DNA of 64,000 nt from positions 1-64,000 of IMG/VR virus record IMGVR_UViG_3300020577_004796; one strand, 5' to 3'. This document shows, one piece after another, positions 58,203 to 64,000 of the stretch. The stretch comes from a virus (taxonomy: Duplodnaviria; Caudoviricetes). The notes beneath the pieces were generated by a model. The model was not told where the DNA came from. It ran no database searches and saw only the letters and a program-made list of their open reading frames with translations. Made by a program: the position numbers and the translations under genes. The stretch's first letter is position 1, and each line of letters opens with the position of its first letter.

Positions 58203-61088
58203 ATGACGGATAAATTACAATTATATGATTGGGAGTGTGTCTTGGGATACGCTTGTGTTACTTTTTTATCTTATAAAACAGGTAAACATAAAGTATTTGA
58301 GATAGATGATGATGTAGGAATATCTCAGAGAGATGCGTTAGTGGATTTTATCCAGGGAAAAATGTTGGTTGGTTACAATAGCTTAACCTTCGATAATCTC
58401 TTAACTAACTATTGTATTAAACATAAGAATGTTAGAGCTGCTGATCTTTACGAATTAACTAGTAGAATTATCAACGGCCAAAAGAATAATCCTGATTTCA
58501 ATCTATACAAAGAATTTAGTAATTATCTAAACTCCGCAGATTATGAATCTATAGATTTAATGAGACTCTTATTTTCAAAGAAATTAAGAGTTTCTTTGAA
58601 AGAATTAGAATGTTCTTTAAATTATGTTTCAGTACAGGAGTTTTTGCATCCATTTAATATAACTTTAGATAAACATCAAAAAGAAGAACTTAAAGAGTAT
58701 AACTTAGTAGACTGTAAAGCTACAAAGCTAGTCTTAGATCGTTCTATGGAAAGTTTAAGATTACGTAGATGGGTTCAAGAAGAGTATGGAATAGATACTT
58801 TTTCTATGGATGGTGTAACTTTAGGTGCAAAGATATTAGAAACTGAATATTATAAAGCTACTGGAGATACAAAATTTACTAAATTAAGAACGGTTCGAGA
58901 TTTTATCAAAATTAAAGATGTTATATTACCATTTATAAAATTTGAAACTGAACCATTTAAAGAAGTTTTAAACGTTTATAAATCTCATACGTGGTATTCT
59001 AAAGATTTTGATGAAGAACTTTTTAAAGATAATAGTCTTTTATATGAGCCTTTAATAAAAGGATTTAAATTTAAGTTTAGTTTAGGTGGCGCCCATGGCT
59101 ACACTCAACCTAATGTATGGGAAAGTAATAGTGAATATGACATCATAAGTGTCGACGTAAATTAAACCTCTGCGTCGTAACCTTGTTAATTGCTGGAAAA
59201 CTAATTAAATAGTAGATGAGTAAAATAGATGAGTAGTGTAGGCTGTTATCATTTGGTATAAAGGCACCTCGAATCTACTATTTATATGTCAATCAGCAGC
59301 CGAGCCTCGTAAGAGGAAGGTTCAGAGACTATCGAAAACACGTAATAATATACGGAAGTGAGTAGAGTAGGAGGAAACTCCGAAACACAAGGCAATTCAA
59401 AATAAATTTGGTAAATTGGATAATATGTTGTATATTTTAAGGATAATACCTTAAATATGCAATATAACAGAAAAAGAGATTTAGGGAAATGCGGAATTTA
59501 TCTTATAAGAAATAAGATAAACAATAAAATATATATAGGAAAAGCAAAATGTATAGATCGTAGAATAAAACAGCATATTACACTGCTTAATCGAAAATCT
59601 AAAGACGAAAACCCACATTTAATTAATGCTTGGCATAAATATGGAAAAGATGCTTTTGAATATATAGTTTTAGAATATCTTGATTTTAATGAAGAACAAA
59701 TAAAAGAGCGAGAATGTTTTTGGATAACTCATTTAAACGCACTAGATCCGAAAGTAGGATATAATCTTAGATTAGATTCTTCCACAGGAATGATAACTTC
59801 TGAAGAAACAAAATTAAAATTAAGAGAATCCAGAAATAAACGATCTATTAAATTTCCTGAATTAAATAAAAAAGTAGGGGAAATAACTAGAGAGTTTTGG
59901 AAAAATAACCCAGAAGCGAGAGAACAGATGAGTAAAAATGTTAAATTAGCAAAGCAAAAAAAGTATAGATATTTGCAATATGACAAAGAAATGAATCTTA
60001 TTCAAATTTGGGATACCGTTGAAGAAATCCTAAAAATAAATCCGAATTACAAATGGCAAAATATATATGCAGCATCGAATGGTAATAAACCAACAATGTA
60101 TGGTTATATATGGCGTAAAGAATTGAAGATATAGTCCGACACTCTTAGAAATAAGAGATTACAGACCCGAGAGGGTTTCTATCCTAGTCAAATGATTGAA
60201 TATCTATTTTTTCCTGAACATTTAAATAAAGAAGTATTACGAGATATATTTATAAAGATAGGAGAGCGAAGAAACGTAGCTAAGAAGGCTGGAGATATGG
60301 TTGTAAGTGATACTCTAAAGTTAGCTAGAAATGGCCCTTATGGGCTTTTAGGCTCACAATACAGCTGGTTATTTGATCATAAAGCTAGGTTATCTATTTG
60401 TGCTAATGGTCAGCTAATGTTAGCGATGTTAGTAGAAAAATTCTTCCAAAATAATATAAAACTCCTAGATATAAATACAGATGGTACTTACATTTATTTG
60501 CATAAATCTCAAAGAAATAAATTTCAAGAAATCATAAAGTGGTGGGAAGATTTAACAAAGATGAAGATGGAGCAAACTAAATTTGAAAAGATTTGGTTTT
60601 TAAATACAGCTGATTACTTTGGAACTTACTACAAAAAAGATAAACTTGAAACAAAATGTAAAGGTATATTCTTAGAAAAAGTTGAACTAGGAAAAGGAAT
60701 GGAATTTCCTATAATAGCTGAAGCGGTTAAGAATTATTTTTTAAATAATGTTTCTATTGAAGATACTATTTATGGATGTAAAGATATACTTAAATTTTGT
60801 GCTTACAGAAAATTAAAAAAAGGAACACAGTGTTTTCATAACTTAAAAGAACAACAAAGAGTAAATAGATTTTTTGCATGTCTAGGAGGGGCATATTTAT
60901 ATTCAAGATCTAAAGACGAAAAAACAGGAAAAATAAGAATAACTAATATGTTAAAGAGTAGTGGGGTTGAATTACTCAATTTTGTGGATAATAAAAAAAT
61001 AGAAGAAAGGAGAATTAATTTTGGTTTTTATCTTTCAAGTGCGCGTAAAATAATGCATACTATTGAAGGAGATCCAAAGCTCTTCTAG
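58203..61088 (+). CDS. polB: Family B DNA polymerase, two exons (58203-59158 and 60170-61088), about 624 aa spliced
   Basis: Exonuclease YDWE and GYNSLTFD; motif A rebuilt by splicing as SVDVEGFYPS; motif B KLARNGPYG; motif C NTDG. Confidence 0.9.
59407..59438 (+). promoter_or_regulatory. Intron-internal promoter for the homing endonuclease
   Basis: TTTG-N20-TATATTTT variant of the Bacteroidota consensus, upstream of ATG 59457. Confidence 0.55.
59457..60134 (+). CDS. Intron-encoded GIY-YIG homing endonuclease (C-terminal NUMOD1)
   Basis: CGIYLIRNKINNKIYIGKA, GYNL, QYD.EMNLIQIW; its stop codon lies within intron element S. Confidence 0.9.
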   Translation: MQYNRKRDLGKCGIYLIRNKINNKIYIGKAKCIDRRIKQHITLLNRKSKDENPHLINAWHKYGKDAFEYIVLEYLDFNEEQIKERECFWITHLNALDPKVGYNLRLDSSTGMITSEETKLKLRESRNKRSIKFPELNKKVGEITREFWKNNPEAREQMSKNVKLAKQKKYRYLQYDKEMNLIQIWDTVEEILKINPNYKWQNIYAASNGNKPTMYGYIWRKELKI

Positions 61089-61106
61089 TGTAGAGAAAAG
61101 TGAAAT

Positions 61107-61811
61107 ATGATAAAAGAAGAACAAGGAGAAATTAAGTTAAGTTTTGGAAAAGAAGTAATTCAGCGTTTAAGAGAATATGATATAGGTGCTGCTCATATGG
61201 GAAGTGCTGCTATAATTCTCTTGGGATTATTTAATGACGAATTAGATATTTTAGATGAATTAGATGGTAATAATCGAGATAAAGGAGCGTTAACTTTACA
61301 AAAACAATTAGAACGTAAAGGACTCCTACTTCCTGGTGAAGAAAATAATTTTGTCTTATCCAGAAGGGGCGGGGAGTTAGCTACTTTTATAATGTCTCAA
61401 CAAGATCAACTTTTAGAAAAACAAATCGAATATGTAGATAAAGAAACTGGTGAAGTAATAGAAGTAAAAGACTGGTTGAAGGAGTTTAATCATATATTTC
61501 CAAGTTCTAATGATCAACATAGGCATTTGAGATCAGATTCTGGGACAATACAAAGAAAAATGACTAAATTTCAAGAATTACATCCATTTGATAAGGAGGT
61601 AATTTTAGAAGCAACCCGTTTATATATTTCTGAACAAGAACAAAGTCCTGAAGGGCACCGATTCACTGTAAATTCTAGTAATTTTATAGGTAGATTTGAT
61701 AAACAAGGTCGTGAAGAGTCTAGTGATTTAGCTGCTTTATGTGAAAGAGTTTTAGAAGAACGTAAAAATCCTCAAAGCAAGTATGATAGTAGATTTTTAG
61801 ATACTGCATAA
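61107..61811 (+). CDS. Replication-module protein (possible helicase loader)
   Basis: Between polB and helicase; N-terminal wHTH-like and C-terminal F...FP...R..F pattern; function inferred. Confidence 0.45.
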   Translation: MIKEEQGEIKLSFGKEVIQRLREYDIGAAHMGSAAIILLGLFNDELDILDELDGNNRDKGALTLQKQLERKGLLLPGEENNFVLSRRGGELATFIMSQQDQLLEKQIEYVDKETGEVIEVKDWLKEFNHIFPSSNDQHRHLRSDSGTIQRKMTKFQELHPFDKEVILEATRLYISEQEQSPEGHRFTVNSSNFIGRFDKQGREESSDLAALCERVLEERKNPQSKYDSRFLDTA

Positions 61812-62136
61812 TATGAAATACAAAGTAATGACAAATGAACCAGTAGAAAATTGGTCTGAAACACAACTTGTTGATTATTTAGTTAATAATGGTATCTTAA
61901 AATTAGACTTTATTCGTGCTAAACAATTATCAGATTACCAAATGATTAAATTAATTAAAGAAGAACAAGAAAGTGTTAGAAGAAGAAATAGCGATAATGT
62001 TTGCTAGATGGATTAATCTTAGCTATTATCAAGATGATGTAGATAATGATTTATGGCATCCTTTAGATGATTCTAGTGAAGAATGGACAACAAAACAATT
62101 ATTTGATCAATTTATAAATGAGTAGAGGAGGTAAGC

Positions 62137-63198
62137 TTGTTATATGATAGGACAATAAAAGAGATACTTGAGAAGAAGAAAAGAAAAGAAGAGGGTAAAT
62201 TTAACGGTGTACCATTTTGTTTCGATCGCTATTCCGAGTATTTTGATAGCTTAGATAAAGGTATGTATTTAGGCATACTTGGTGGCACTGGTGTGGGTAA
62301 ATCATCGTTAAAACATCATATGATTTATTCTATAATGGATTTTTCTACTAAAAACGACTATCCTGTAATGATTCTAGATTTTTCTTTAGAAGATCCAGAA
62401 ACGGAAGTTTGTAAAAAAAGAATGATCCACTATCTCTGGAAAAGACACAAAGTAGATTTAAATTTAAAGTACTTAAATTCGAGAGATCGACCTTTAGATG
62501 ATAAATATACAGATCTTATCCAGAAGGATGAGTTATTTTGGAGGAAATTTGAAAGTTCTGTTGCTGTTATAAATAACTGCACGACTCCAAATGAAATTCA
62601 TACAATGTGTGAAAAAGCATATGAAAAATATGGTGATTCGAGGCATTATTTTGTTTTTGTAGATAACTATGCTAATATCTGTAAAGATGAGCACGATTTA
62701 ACAGAGTGGGCGGCAACTCGTCGCTGGAGTCGTAATATAGCCCGTTTAAGGCTGTGTAAGACGCTTAACATGACAGTTATAGGTATACTACAGCAAAATC
62801 TGGAAACCGAACAGAATGCCATGAGGAATGCAGGAAAAGGCTCATTACTATCTATTGAACCAAATATGTCTAGTATAGGTGATAATCGCGTAATAGCTAG
62901 AGATTTATATTGCTTATTAGCTTTATGGTCTCCTTGGCGATACGAGATAGAACAATATCCTTATTCTGGCGCATATAATGTTAAGGTTTTGAGAGATAGA
63001 TTTAGAAGTTTATTAATGCTTAAAAATAATCACGGTCCAATTGCTCCCCGATTGGGATTACTTTTTGACGGTAAACATGAAATATTTGAAGAAATGCCTC
63101 CCGTAGAAGATAAAGAAGCATTAGATAAATTATACACTAAAATTTTAAACGAAGAAAAGCAAAAGAAAATGAAAAATCCCACCTTCTGGGAAAGCTAA
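62137..63198 (+). CDS. DnaB-like replicative helicase (SF4)
   Basis: GGTGVGKS Walker A, FSLED, VFVDN, IGILQQN, KNNHG. Confidence 0.85.
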   Translation: MLYDRTIKEILEKKKRKEEGKFNGVPFCFDRYSEYFDSLDKGMYLGILGGTGVGKSSLKHHMIYSIMDFSTKNDYPVMILDFSLEDPETEVCKKRMIHYLWKRHKVDLNLKYLNSRDRPLDDKYTDLIQKDELFWRKFESSVAVINNCTTPNEIHTMCEKAYEKYGDSRHYFVFVDNYANICKDEHDLTEWAATRRWSRNIARLRLCKTLNMTVIGILQQNLETEQNAMRNAGKGSLLSIEPNMSSIGDNRVIARDLYCLLALWSPWRYEIEQYPYSGAYNVKVLRDRFRSLLMLKNNHGPIAPRLGLLFDGKHEIFEEMPPVEDKEALDKLYTKILNEEKQKKMKNPTFWES

Positions 63199-63199
63199 C

Positions 63200-63496
63200 A
63201 TGGAAATAAAGAAAAACAAGATTTATGCATCAGGACCAAGTTTAGAATTAGGTAGATTTAAAACAATTGAAGATTTACGAGAAGAATTAGCTAAGCCAGA
63301 GTACAAAAATGAACACATTATTGATCCGTGGTATAGCGAAGATGAATCTGGATTCAGTACTCATGTATACAGAGAAGAAACAGACGAAGAGTACTTAAAA
63401 AGATGTGAAGAACATAATAAAAGAATCGCACAACAAGAACAGTATGAGTATGAGAATTTTTTAAAATTAAAAGAAAAATATGAGAAAAAAGATTAG
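63200..63496 (+). CDS. Hypothetical protein
   Basis: 98 aa ORF coupled to the helicase. Confidence 0.6.
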   Translation: MEIKKNKIYASGPSLELGRFKTIEDLREELAKPEYKNEHIIDPWYSEDESGFSTHVYREETDEEYLKRCEEHNKRIAQQEQYEYENFLKLKEKYEKKD

Positions 63497-63586
63497 GTAG
63501 ATTGAGAAAATAATCGTAACTTTGTAGAAGATGAGTGAAAAAGTGAAAATGAAAAACAAAAGGAGGAAGATATCGGAAAGGTAGCA

Positions 63587-64000
63587 ATGGTGCTCGGATC
63601 GAGCAAATCAGGTAAAACAACAAGTATAAGGACATTAGATCCAACGAAAACAATAGTGTTTAGTCCCTTGGCAAAAGGATTGCCATTTGAAGGAAGCTCT
63701 AAACATTATACGGTATGGGATAAAGAAAAGAATCCCAAAGGTAACATTATAAGAACATCAAGTTCAAAAGCTATAGTACAATGGTTGAAGCATATAAGTA
63801 ATTCTTTACCAGATGTGAATGTGGCAATAGTTGATGATAATACGTTTGTTACCGCAAAAGAATTAGATCGTCGTAGAGATGAACGTACGTATGATAAATT
63901 TAATGACATTGCTCATGACTTTTTAGAATTAGCAGAAGTAGCTAATTCTTTAAGAACTGATTTAAATGTTTATATTTTACATCATACTACAACAGATGGT
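63587..64000 (+). CDS. AAA ATPase (AAA_24/Sak4-like), partial; not in ORF track
   Basis: Hand translation MVLGSSKSGKTTSIRTLDP...AIVDDNTF...DKFNDIA...YILHHT. Confidence 0.8.
   Translation, partial: MVLGSSKSGKTTSIRTLDPTKTIVFSPLAKGLPFEGSSKHYTVWDKEKNPKGNIIRTSSSKAIVQWLKHISNSLPDVNVAIVDDNTFVTAKELDRRRDERTYDKFNDIAHDFLELAEVANSLRTDLNVYILHHTTTDG

Larger units (their letters stand above)
59159..60169 (+). mobile_element. Group I intron (phage IA2-like) in polB
   Basis: P AATTGCTGGAAA, Q AATCAGCAGCC, R GTTCAGAGACTA, S AAGATATAGTCC; P1 GACGU/GCGUC with U-G at the 5' splice site; terminal G; P10 AAACCTCT with exon 2 AGAGGGTTT. Confidence 0.92.

Noticed and set aside
1-64000. Stop-codon reassignment, as in some crAss-like lineages
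   Set aside because: Core genes (MCP, portal, TerL, helicase) are full length under the standard code, TAG and TGA are used as stops, and no suppressor tRNA was found

Overview
This is a 64-kb segment of a dsDNA tailed phage genome with crAss-like (Crassvirales-type) organisation, most likely infecting a Bacteroidota host, since it carries several TTTG-N20-TAnnTTTG promoters. It uses the standard genetic code. The minus-strand half (1-31.6 kb) is the late/virion block: tail fibre and DUF2341-like proteins, ring/neck proteins, major capsid, scaffold-like protein, portal, large terminase and PhoH. It continues with a 10-kb glycosylation island (gmd, fcl, about 8 glycosyltransferase-like genes, a methyltransferase), a PD-(D/E)XK nuclease, an HU/IHF-like gene and two tRNAs. 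The plus-strand half (32-64 kb) is an early/accessory region of small genes interleaved with many structured non-coding elements. It is followed by a family B DNA polymerase split by a group I intron with a GIY-YIG endonuclease, a DnaB-like helicase and a partial AAA ATPase. The most striking content is non-coding: two elements reproducing the 23S rRNA L11-binding/GTPase-associated centre (H42-H44) with structure-preserving covariation and an insertion at the same site, a tmRNA with a 31-residue tag, a 57-nt tRNA lacking the anticodon arm, and other tRNA-like or T-loop RNAs. Together these suggest a suite of translation-apparatus mimics. All homology calls are by motif recognition from memory, and no searches or folding programs were run.
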